A DNA stretch of 15,599 nucleotides from Myxococcota bacterium. Its GTDB lineage: Bacteria; Myxococcota; JACRCW01. Both the position numbers and the translations under genes were made by a program. The notes under the pieces are model-generated. The model was given only the letters and a program-made list of their open reading frames with translations. It ran no database searches and had not been told where the DNA came from. Below are positions 6,174-13,951 of this stretch, one piece after another; position 1 is the stretch's first letter, and each line of letters starts with the position of its first letter. The stretch lies in contig JBFMGU010000251.1 of NCBI GenBank assembly GCA_040752415.1, positions 1 to 15,599 of the forward strand. The letters are read 5' to 3'.

Positions 6174-8414
6174 ATGGCCCGTATTTCCGCGCTGTTCTTC
6201 CTCGCGCCGCTGCTCATCTCCTCGCGCGCGTCTGCGTCGCTGGCGGAGGAGGGCGCCACTGGCGCACCGTATTTCCTGGTACCAGACGCCACGAGTTCCC
6301 TGGTGCTCGACGACGTCACGGCGCACGTGGAGATCTCCGCCCACGTGGCGCAGGTGCATCTCGTCCAGCGCTATCGGAACCCGTCCCATCGTCGCGTCGA
6401 CGCGCTGTACGTGTTTCCCGCCTCGACCCGAGCGGCCGTCCACGACATGACCATGACCGTGGGAGATCGTGTGTTGAAGGCGGAGGTCCAGGAAAGGGGT
6501 GTGGCGCGGGACACCTTCGAGAACGCGCGGCGCGCGGGTCACACGGCGTCGCTGCTGCAGCAATACCGACCCAACGTGTTCCAGATGGAGGTGGGGAACA
6601 TTCCCGCGCTCGGCACTGTGCTGGTGGAGCTGGACTACGTCGAGGAGCTGCTGTTCCACGACGACACCTACGAGTTCGTGCTCCCGGGCGTGGTGGGCCC
6701 CCGCTACGGCGGCGAGGCCTCTGGACCCTACGAGCGCGCTCTCGACGCGCCGAACCTGCCGCTCGTCCGGGCGCAGGTGCGCTTGTCCGCCGGCATGCCC
6801 ATCCGGGAGGTGCAGTCCTCCACCCATCGCATCACCGTGCGCCATGCGCAGGACGCCGACGACGTGGAATTGCTGGAGCCGGTGGGCCAGCGTGACTTCG
6901 TGTTGCGTTACCGCCTCACGCAGGATGCGCCGCGCGCCGGAGTCCTCCGTTACCAGGATGAGGACGGAGGACATCTCCTGCTCAGCGTGCAGCCACCGGA
7001 GCTGTCGTCGGAAGGCCTGGCACCGCGCGAGTATCTCTTCGTCCTCGACACCTCCGGGTCCATGGGGGGCCAGCCGGCGGAAATCGCCGAGGAGCTCATG
7101 CTCGCGCTGCTGGGCAACCTGCGGGAGGACGACTGGTTCAACGTCGTGTTCTTCGACAGCACGGTGCGGCTCTTGTCGTCGGAGAGCCTGGGCGTCACGC
7201 CGGAGTCGGTTTCCGCGGCCATGGAGCGCGTGGCCAGCGAATACGGCGGAGGTGGCACCAACGTGCTGCACGCGCTGCGCGCCGCGGTGGACCTGCCGCG
7301 TCCCAGGGTGGAGGGTCTTTCCCGCAGCCTCATCCTCGTCACCGACGGGCTTGTGACCGTGGACCGGGAAGCAGTGGAGCTCCTGCGGAGTCACCCCGGG
7401 GTGGACAACGTGTTTGCGTTCGGCGCCGGGCACCGGGTCAACCGGCATCTCATCGAGGAGCTTGGGCGGGTGGGACGGGGTGAAGCGTTCGTCGCCGCCA
7501 CGTTGCCGGATGCCCACGAGCAGGTCCGGCGTTTCCGGAACATCGTGGAGGCGCCGGTGCTCACCGACGTCCAGGTTCGTTTTGAGGGCCTGGAGGTCCA
7601 GGACGTGGATCCGGAGGTCCTGCCAGACCTGTTTGCGCATCGTCCGCTCTTCGTCACGGCGCGGTACCGCGCGGGAGCGACGGGGACGGTGGTGGTGCGT
7701 GGCCGTGCGGGCCAGCGGACCTGGGAGCAGCGGATTGCCCTCACCCGTGACGACGAGTCGAGCCACCACGGTGCCGTGAAGTACCTGTGGGCGCGGCGCC
7801 GCATTGCCGCCCTCACCGACCAGGTCAGCATCTCCAACAGCGCCGCCGCCAAGCGTGAGGCCACCGACCTGGCACAGCGCTACAACCTCGCCAGCGAGTA
7901 CACGAGCTTCGTGGCGGTGGATGACGCCGTGGTGCAACCACCCGAGGCAACGCACCCACCGCCCCACGTCCTGAAGCCGACCATCATCGACTTCAGCGGA
8001 GCCACCATCGAGGGCGAGCGGGCGCGGGCGGAGGGTTCCCATCTCGTCGATTGTCGCCGCAGCGCTTTTCGCTCGCTTGTCTCTCCACGAACGGACTTCG
8101 AGGCTGAGCTCCTGGCCAGCGCCCCCGCCGTGGTGGCGGTGGAACCTTCTCCTCCCGTGCGGCTGCGCGTCGTCTCCGTCGCGGGAGCGAGTGCTACCGA
8201 CGTGGAACGTGTGCTGCTTCCCGTCGCGGAGGCGTTGCACCGCGCGCTGGGGCGACCGCAGCGGGCCGAGCTGGAGGTCGTCCTGGATGAGAACGGTGAA
8301 GTGGCCGCGGTGCATCACCCCACCCGGGCAGACGCGCTGCGCAGGATCCTGCAGCGGGTGCGCTGGCCTCGGACGGGAAAGCACGTCGTGATTCGGGTGG
8401 AGCTGAAGCGCTGA
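6174..8414 (+). CDS. Exported VIT (vault/inter-alpha-trypsin) + VWA domain protein with a CglF-like insert and a TonB-C-like C-terminus
   Basis: GGAGG RBS before ATG 6174; signal peptide; VIT motifs (VQRYRNP..DALYVFP...[13 protein letters not shown]...[17 protein letters not shown]); VWA with intact MIDAS ([18 protein letters not shown]); LWARRRI..L and [12 protein letters not shown], typical of this family. Confidence 0.9.
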   Translation: MARISALFFLAPLLISSRASASLAEEGATGAPYFLVPDATSSLVLDDVTAHVEISAHVAQVHLVQRYRNPSHRRVDALYVFPASTRAAVHDMTMTVGDRVLKAEVQERGVARDTFENARRAGHTASLLQQYRPNVFQMEVGNIPALGTVLVELDYVEELLFHDDTYEFVLPGVVGPRYGGEASGPYERALDAPNLPLVRAQVRLSAGMPIREVQSSTHRITVRHAQDADDVELLEPVGQRDFVLRYRLTQDAPRAGVLRYQDEDGGHLLLSVQPPELSSEGLAPREYLFVLDTSGSMGGQPAEIAEELMLALLGNLREDDWFNVVFFDSTVRLLSSESLGVTPESVSAAMERVASEYGGGGTNVLHALRAAVDLPRPRVEGLSRSLILVTDGLVTVDREAVELLRSHPGVDNVFAFGAGHRVNRHLIEELGRVGRGEAFVAATLPDAHEQVRRFRNIVEAPVLTDVQVRFEGLEVQDVDPEVLPDLFAHRPLFVTARYRAGATGTVVVRGRAGQRTWEQRIALTRDDESSHHGAVKYLWARRRIAALTDQVSISNSAAAKREATDLAQRYNLASEYTSFVAVDDAVVQPPEATHPPPHVLKPTIIDFSGATIEGERARAEGSHLVDCRRSAFRSLVSPRTDFEAELLASAPAVVAVEPSPPVRLRVVSVAGASATDVERVLLPVAEALHRALGRPQRAELEVVLDENGEVAAVHHPTRADALRRILQRVRWPRTGKHVVIRVELKR

Positions 8415-8457
8415 GCGGACCCTGGCGCGGGCGCCGGTGCCCGGGCAGGATGACCGC

Positions 8458-9039
8458 ATGAAGAGCGTGTGCGTGTTCTGTGGTTCCAATTTCGGCGCGA
8501 AGCCGGTCTACCGGGACGCCGCGGTGCGGATGGGTCGGGCAGCGGCGGAGCGGGGGCTGACGCTGGTCTACGGCGGCGGAAGCGTGGGCCTGATGGGCTC
8601 GGTGGCCGACGCTGCGCTGCAGGCGGGCGGGCGGGTGGTGGGCGTCATCACGCGTGTGTTGTGGGACCGGGAGGTGGGCCACCGCGGCCTGAGCGACCTG
8701 CGCATCGTCGAAACCATGCATGAGCGCAAGGCCATCATGTCCGAGCTTGCCGACGCGTTCGTCATCATGCCCGGCGGCATTGGCACCATGGAGGAGTTCT
8801 TCGAGGTGTGGACGTGGGGAATGCTGGGCATCCACCGCAAGCCCTACGGCCTGCTCGACATCGAGGACTATTACACGCCGCTGAAGGGCTTCATGGACCA
8901 CATGGTCACGGAAGGCTTCCTGCGCGCGGAGGTGCGCACCGCGGTCAGCGTGGCCAGCGACCCCGCGATCCTCCTCGACACGCTGGCCCGCGCCGTGGTC
9001 CCCCCGACGGAGAAGGTGCTGGACGCCGACAAGGTCTGA
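8458..9039 (+). CDS. log: LOG family (TIGR00730) nucleotide/cytokinin riboside 5'-monophosphate phosphoribohydrolase
   Basis: [27 protein letters not shown] and the PGGxGTxEE signature (PGGIGTMEE), plus GIHRKP. Start at ATG 8458. Confidence 0.95.
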   Translation: MKSVCVFCGSNFGAKPVYRDAAVRMGRAAAERGLTLVYGGGSVGLMGSVADAALQAGGRVVGVITRVLWDREVGHRGLSDLRIVETMHERKAIMSELADAFVIMPGGIGTMEEFFEVWTWGMLGIHRKPYGLLDIEDYYTPLKGFMDHMVTEGFLRAEVRTAVSVASDPAILLDTLARAVVPPTEKVLDADKV

Positions 9040-9143
9040 GGCTCACGAAGCGGGTGGGCGCGTCACCGTCGCCCCGGAGTGCGGTGCGCCCGCGTGCGAC
9101 CGTGCCACGTCGTGAAGCACCGCCCTGTTCCGGTGTTCCGACG

Positions 9144-10082
9144 TCACCGCGTGCTCTCGAAGACGAACGGGTAGGTGACCACCACCACGCCACCGCCCAG
9201 AGGCTCGGGGAACTGGAGCTGTCGCAGCGTCTGCAGCACGCACTCGCGCGTCTCCTCGCTGGGCAGGGAGCTCTCCTCGGCCACGGTCTCCGCCTCGCGC
9301 ACGCCCCCCGTGGCCACGACGACGAAGTTGGTGGCCAGCTTTCCGGCGAGCGCGGGTTGCAGCAGCAGGCGCACCTCGAAGCACCGCTTCACCTCGTCCA
9401 GCGCCGCGGCAATGACCTCCCGGATCTGCGCCTTGGACAACCCACCGCGGACCTCCACCTCCGCGGTCGTCTCGAGGACATCCGGCACCGGCGCATCCGG
9501 CTCCCACGCCACCGCCGTCCCGCCGCGCGTGATGTTGGACCACGTCCCGGTGCGTTTCCCCAGCGCGTAGGCGCCCTCGGACTCCCGGTTCCCGTCGGGA
9601 TAGAACGTGCGCCACGCTCCGTCGCGCAGGCCCGCCAGGTAGCTGCCGCGCGCCTTCACCGCGCCGTTGGGATGCCAGTAGGTCCACGCGCCTTCCTTGC
9701 GGCCGCCCAGGTACGCGCCCTCCGACTCGCGCCCACCGTCGGGATACCAGGTTCCCCACGCACCCTCCCGAGCGCCCTGCACGTAGGGCCCCCGCGCGCG
9801 CTGGTGTCCGTCGGGATACCACTCGGTCCATTCCCCCACCGGCAGGCCCGCCAGCAGGTTGCCCTGCAGCCAACGCGGGTCGGCGCGCGTGCCGTGCCAC
9901 ACCGTCATGCGCTGCATGGCGGGCTGCGCCTGGTCCTGCGCGGACACGAACTCGTGCGCCCACTTCCAGTCCGCCTGGGCGCGGGACGACGCCGGACGGG
10001 CCGCGCCGCGACACGCCAGCAGCGGGACCACCAGCAGGACTGCCAGCACCACCGGCCGCCGGGCTGCCATCACGCGGGACAT
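9144..10082 (-). CDS. Putative lipoprotein with MORN-variant (YwqK-like) repeats and an AgmX/PglI (TonB-C-like) C-terminal domain
   Basis: Signal with lipobox (AARRPVVLAVLLVVPLLA-C); four ~24-aa GxWxxWYPDG..xxGxY repeats; C-terminal GGLSKAQIREVI...VKRCFE...PALAGKL...ECV...FPEPLGGGVVVVTYPFVF. The start may instead be 10073 or 10070. Confidence 0.85.
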   Translation of the reverse strand: MSRVMAARRPVVLAVLLVVPLLACRGAARPASSRAQADWKWAHEFVSAQDQAQPAMQRMTVWHGTRADPRWLQGNLLAGLPVGEWTEWYPDGHQRARGPYVQGAREGAWGTWYPDGGRESEGAYLGGRKEGAWTYWHPNGAVKARGSYLAGLRDGAWRTFYPDGNRESEGAYALGKRTGTWSNITRGGTAVAWEPDAPVPDVLETTAEVEVRGGLSKAQIREVIAAALDEVKRCFEVRLLLQPALAGKLATNFVVVATGGVREAETVAEESSLPSEETRECVLQTLRQLQFPEPLGGGVVVVTYPFVFESTR

Positions 10083-10259
10083 GCTAGCAGCAGCCGGGAC
10101 GTCGCCTGCGCGGCGTGACGGTGACGACGGAGCCTGCGGTGGTCCCCCGTCGTGGCTACGCTCTTCCCGCAACCGCGCCCGGGGACGACAGGGTTGCGCG
10201 CAATTTCCCCGCCCCAGCACTTTCTGCGCGCCGGACCGCCACGGCAGGCAGCTTTCGCG

Positions 10260-10275
10260 TGGCACCGGTCTTGCG
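10260..10275 (+). promoter_or_regulatory. Sigma54 (-24/-12) promoter
   Basis: TGGCAC-CGGTC-TTGC-G matches the TGGCAC-N5-TTGC consensus exactly, 16 nt before ATG 10292. A TTGCGCGCAA palindrome at 10194-10203 is a candidate upstream activator site. Confidence 0.8.
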
Positions 10276-10291
10276 CTGGCGAGCCGGAACC

Positions 10292-11230
10292 ATGAGCTGT
10301 CCGCGCCACACGCTCGCACGTCTGCCCTGGCTGGTGGGGCTGGTCCTCGCCGCGTTCCTCGTCGGGGAGCGGCCGGCGCGCGCCTCCGCGTGTTGCGGGA
10401 GCTCCTACGGGTTGGGCTCGCGGCTGGCGCCGGCGGAGACGGGAACGGTGACGCTGCTTTTGCGGGGCGCCGCGCCGTACGCCAGCTGGTCGCGCACCAC
10501 CGAGGTCAAGCCGAGCAGCGTGCTGACCCAGGAGCTGCGGCTGGACGTGGGCGGCATCATCCGCGCCACCGAGCACCTGCAGCTGGGTGCCAGCGCGCCC
10601 CTCGTCGTCACGCGACGCGCGGGGCCCAAGGGAAGCAGCGTGGGTGGTGGGCTGGGGGATGCCACCCTGTTCGCCCGCTACGACGTCATCCCCGTGGGCG
10701 GACAAGCGGGTCTGCCCGGGGTGGGCCTGGTGCTGGGCGCCACCATCCCCAGCGGCCGCGCCGGGCGTGACGCCACCGACGTGCTCGGCGCCGACGCCAC
10801 CGGGCAGGGACTGTGGGAGCTGCGTCCCGGCGTGATGTTGGAGCGCGTGTGGCTCAACGGCTTCTTCGCCGTGCTGGGCGCGTCGCTGGCGTTGCGGGCG
10901 CCGGTCACCGAGGGGGGACAGCGCGTGGTCATGAAGCCGCGGTTGCAGCTGGTGGCCGCCGCCGGGCCCACGTTGGCGCGCAAGGTGTCGCTGGCCCTGG
11001 GCGTCATCCACGAGCAGGAGCCCGGCCCGGAGATCAACGGCGTGGTGGCCCCCCTGTCCGAGCGGATGAAGACCTCGCTGCTCGCGGTGTCGTCGGTGGA
11101 GCTGGGCCCGCACTGGTCGCTCATCTTCACCGCGCAGGCGGAGCCGCCGCTGCGCGCTTTCGGTCGCAATGAGGACGTGGGCTTCGCGGTGGCCGCGGGG
11201 CTGCGGCACGTCTGGCTGGAGTTTGAATGA
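10292..11230 (+). CDS. Putative outer-membrane beta-barrel 'transporter' (MetA-pathway/SphA-like) with an N-terminal Cys-Cys motif
   Basis: Signal peptide ending ARA-SACCG; GGLGDATLFARY, GLVLGATIPSG and TGQGLW motifs typical of this barrel family; alternating amphipathic strands; ends in GLRHVWLEFE. Confidence 0.7.
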   Translation: MSCPRHTLARLPWLVGLVLAAFLVGERPARASACCGSSYGLGSRLAPAETGTVTLLLRGAAPYASWSRTTEVKPSSVLTQELRLDVGGIIRATEHLQLGASAPLVVTRRAGPKGSSVGGGLGDATLFARYDVIPVGGQAGLPGVGLVLGATIPSGRAGRDATDVLGADATGQGLWELRPGVMLERVWLNGFFAVLGASLALRAPVTEGGQRVVMKPRLQLVAAAGPTLARKVSLALGVIHEQEPGPEINGVVAPLSERMKTSLLAVSSVELGPHWSLIFTAQAEPPLRAFGRNEDVGFAVAAGLRHVWLEFE

Positions 11231-11241
11231 GGAGGATGCGC

Positions 11242-11658
11242 ATGCGGATGGCGTGGTGGAGCGGTTTGCTCGTCGTGGGAATGGGATGTGGCGGCACCAC
11301 CACCGGCGGCACGGATTCCTCGCCGGGCTCGCAGGAGCAGGCGGTGGAGGGCCAGCACGGGCAGATGACCTTCGCGCTCACCCCCGAGGGCACGCCGCAG
11401 CAGGGCGCCAACACCTTCCACCTGGACCTGGCCACCACCTCCGGAGACGCGGTGGCGGGCGCGGCCATCAGCGTCTCGGTGGTCATGCCGGCCATGGGCC
11501 ACGGCTCCTCGCACCAGCCCAGCGTCGTGGACGAGGGCGCGGGCCGCTACGCCATTGGCAACGTGGTGTTCACCATGGCCGGCACCTGGGAGGTCACGCT
11601 GGAGGCCACTGCGGGCGCCAGCTCCGACCAGGCCACCTTCACCTACGAGATCGAGTGA
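11242..11658 (+). CDS. YtkA/FixH-like Ig-fold lipoprotein, putative copper chaperone
   Basis: Lipobox LLVVGMG-C; MPAMGHG motif; GRY...FTMAGTWEVTL. GGAGG at 11231-11235 favours ATG 11242; ATG 11227 overlapping the upstream stop (ATGA) is an alternative. Confidence 0.85.
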   Translation: MRMAWWSGLLVVGMGCGGTTTGGTDSSPGSQEQAVEGQHGQMTFALTPEGTPQQGANTFHLDLATTSGDAVAGAAISVSVVMPAMGHGSSHQPSVVDEGAGRYAIGNVVFTMAGTWEVTLEATAGASSDQATFTYEIE

Positions 11659-11671
11659 CGAGGGAGAAACC

Positions 11672-11950
11672 ATGATGCGGATGCTGGCGGGCGCGGTACT
11701 CGCGTTGACCTTGGGGACGGAGACGGCCATGGCGGCGGTGGTGACGAAGGACTTTGGCGTGCAGGGCTGGAGCTGTGGCGGCTGCGCCAACAAGACGGTC
11801 TCGGCGGTGAAGAAGCTCCACGGCGTGAGCGACGCGCGCGCCGACGTGGACCGCGCCACGCTCACGGTCACCTACGACGACGCGGTGATTGCCGCCGGCG
11901 ACATCGCCCAGACCGTCAAGAAGCTGGGCTACTCCTGCCCGGTGCCCTGA
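11672..11950 (+). CDS. Exported heavy-metal-associated (HMA) domain protein, MerP/CopZ-like
   Basis: GGGAG RBS; signal peptide MMRMLAGAVLALTLGTETAMA; VQGWSCGGC (CxxC), GVSDARAD, VTYD and KLGY match the HMA fold. Confidence 0.9.
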   Translation: MMRMLAGAVLALTLGTETAMAAVVTKDFGVQGWSCGGCANKTVSAVKKLHGVSDARADVDRATLTVTYDDAVIAAGDIAQTVKKLGYSCPVP

Positions 11951-12134
11951 GCGACCCGACGGGCGTGACGGCGCGCACAGGCGTGGTGGCGGCGCGAGCG
12001 GTGGTCCGCGCGGTGGGTGGGCCATGCTTGGGCGGGACGTGGAGCGCCGGGGAGGGCTGGTACCTGGCGGCCGAGTAGGGAAGGATGGGCGCCCTCGGGT
12101 GGGCCTGGTTGTTCGGGCAGGTGGAGGGCAAGCA

Positions 12135-13706
12135 ATGGCGTCCAAGAAGAACCGCACGCAGACGCGCATGTCGGCCGTCCCCCCCAAGGAGCCGGAGGCG
12201 TCCCGTTCCGAGGACACGCCCGAGGACAACGTCGAGATCACGCTGGCCACCGGCCTGTGGCAGATCAATCCCCTGACCGGCCAGATCAGCAACGCGCGGG
12301 CCGGCGCTCCCAGCGCACCCGCGCCCGCCCCGGTTCCCGTCCCCACGCCGGTGGCCGCGGCGGAGGTGCCCGGGCTGGAGCTGGTCCCGGTGGCGGCGGA
12401 GGTGCCCGGGCTGGAGCTGGTCCCGGTGGACGACAACGTCAACGCCGCGGCCATCCCGGCGCTGCCCGGTCCCAACAGCGCGGGCGTCTCCGCCTCACCC
12501 AACCCGCCGGCGGCGGCGTCCTCCTGGGTGTCGCTGATGGCGCCCACGCCCGTGGCGGTGCCCCCCGCCGGTCCCGACGGGAGCCCGGGGGTGGACACGC
12601 TGCAGCAGCAGCTGGCCATCCTGCAGGAGGAGCATGCCGCCAGCGTCGACGAGACCGCGCGGGAGATGGCGCAGCTGCGCAAGGACCTGGCCGCCATGCA
12701 GGACGCGCTGGAGCGGGCGGAGGTCTCCGCGCAGGAGGCTGACGCGCTGCGCCGCGCGGTGGAGGGCGCGCGCGACGAGGCGGTGCGTGAGCTGGAGGTG
12801 CTGCGCCAACAGACGGCCCAGGCCGGGGAACGCATCCTGCGCCTGCAGGCGGACTGCGAGTCCATGAACACGCTGGTCACCGACCTGGCCAACCGTTGCA
12901 CCGCCGCGGAGAACGACCGCGAGCGGCTGACGGCGGAGGTGACGTCGTTGCAGGTGGCGAGCGCGCAGGCCCGTCCCGGTGAGTCGGCGCCGCCCCCCGC
13001 GGACCCGCGTGGCGTGCGCGCGCGGCTGGAGGAGGAGCTGGCGGCGGCCCGCGCGGAGGCGGTGGCGGCCAAGAGCCAGGTGGCGGAGCTGGAGGGGAAG
13101 GTGGCGCTGGAGGCGCAGCTCCGCAGCACCGCGCTGTTGCAGGCGGAGGAGGAGACCGCGCGGGCGCGCCAGGAGGCCGCGGCGGCCAAGGCGCGTGTGT
13201 TCGAGCTGGAAGGTGAGCTGGGCAAGGAGCAGCAGTCCCGCCGCACCGCGCAGCTCCGCGCCGACGAGGAGGTGGCCCGCATCCGCGCCGAGTCCGCCAC
13301 CACCAAGGCCCGCCTGGCCGAGGTGGAAGGCGAGCTGGCGCGCAAGGCGCAGGGCCTGCAGAGCAGCGTCATCCAGGCGGAGGAGGAGCTGGCCGTCTTG
13401 CGCGGCACGCTGGCCCAGGAGACCGCGCGACGGGAGCAGCTGCAAGCGGAGCTGGCCGCGTTGCAGGGCACCGCCGCGCAGGACGCCGCGCGCGTCGAGC
13501 AGCTCAAGGCGGAAGTGGCCCAGTCGCTGGAGATGATCGACCAGGAGGCCGCCCGTCGTCAGCAGCTGGAAGGTGAGCTCTCCGCGCTGCGTGCCGAGCT
13601 GGCCGCGCGCGCCGAGCAGGAGGCGCAACGGCAGCAGGCCCTGCGTGAGATGGGTGAGGCCGCCGCAACGCTGGCGGAACGCCTCAAGGCGCTGCAGGGC
13701 AGCTGA
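12135..13706 (+). CDS. Hypothetical long coiled-coil protein with a Pro/Ala-rich N-terminal region
   Basis: GGAGG RBS before ATG 12135; about 370 aa of E/A/L/Q/R heptad-rich sequence; strong G/C third-position bias; no catalytic motif, signal peptide or TM helix seen. Confidence 0.8.
   Translation: MASKKNRTQTRMSAVPPKEPEASRSEDTPEDNVEITLATGLWQINPLTGQISNARAGAPSAPAPAPVPVPTPVAAAEVPGLELVPVAAEVPGLELVPVDDNVNAAAIPALPGPNSAGVSASPNPPAAASSWVSLMAPTPVAVPPAGPDGSPGVDTLQQQLAILQEEHAASVDETAREMAQLRKDLAAMQDALERAEVSAQEADALRRAVEGARDEAVRELEVLRQQTAQAGERILRLQADCESMNTLVTDLANRCTAAENDRERLTAEVTSLQVASAQARPGESAPPPADPRGVRARLEEELAAARAEAVAAKSQVAELEGKVALEAQLRSTALLQAEEETARARQEAAAAKARVFELEGELGKEQQSRRTAQLRADEEVARIRAESATTKARLAEVEGELARKAQGLQSSVIQAEEELAVLRGTLAQETARREQLQAELAALQGTAAQDAARVEQLKAEVAQSLEMIDQEAARRQQLEGELSALRAELAARAEQEAQRQQALREMGEAAATLAERLKALQGS
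12357..12428 (+). repeat. Perfect 36-bp tandem duplication, in frame (AAEVPGLELVPV x2)
   Basis: GCGGCGGAGGTGCCCGGGCTGGAGCTGGTCCCGGTG occurs at 12357-12392 and 12393-12428. Confidence 0.95.
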
Positions 13707-13951
13707 CTCCGACAACAACCGGATGCGTGGCGCAACCACGGGGTGCGACCGCGTCGCGCGCTCGTCGTGTCTCATCGCGGTCACGACGTGAGGCGCGTAC
13801 TCCGCGCGCTGGAGCTTCCGACCGTGTCACGGGGGATGGCGGCGGGCGCGCCGCACGTTTTCCCTGAGAGGTCACCAACCGTCGTGTTAGCGTGGCGCCA
13901 CCGGAGAGGCGTGTCTGCCCGGTCCACGCGGCGCGGACGTTGGGAAAGAGG

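Noticed and set aside
9540..9840. Roughly 72-bp periodic repeats as a possible CRISPR array, or the gene as a YwqK antitoxin
   Set aside because: The repeats are degenerate and in frame, encoding MORN-variant units. There are no identical repeats with unique spacers, no cas genes and no adjacent toxin gene.
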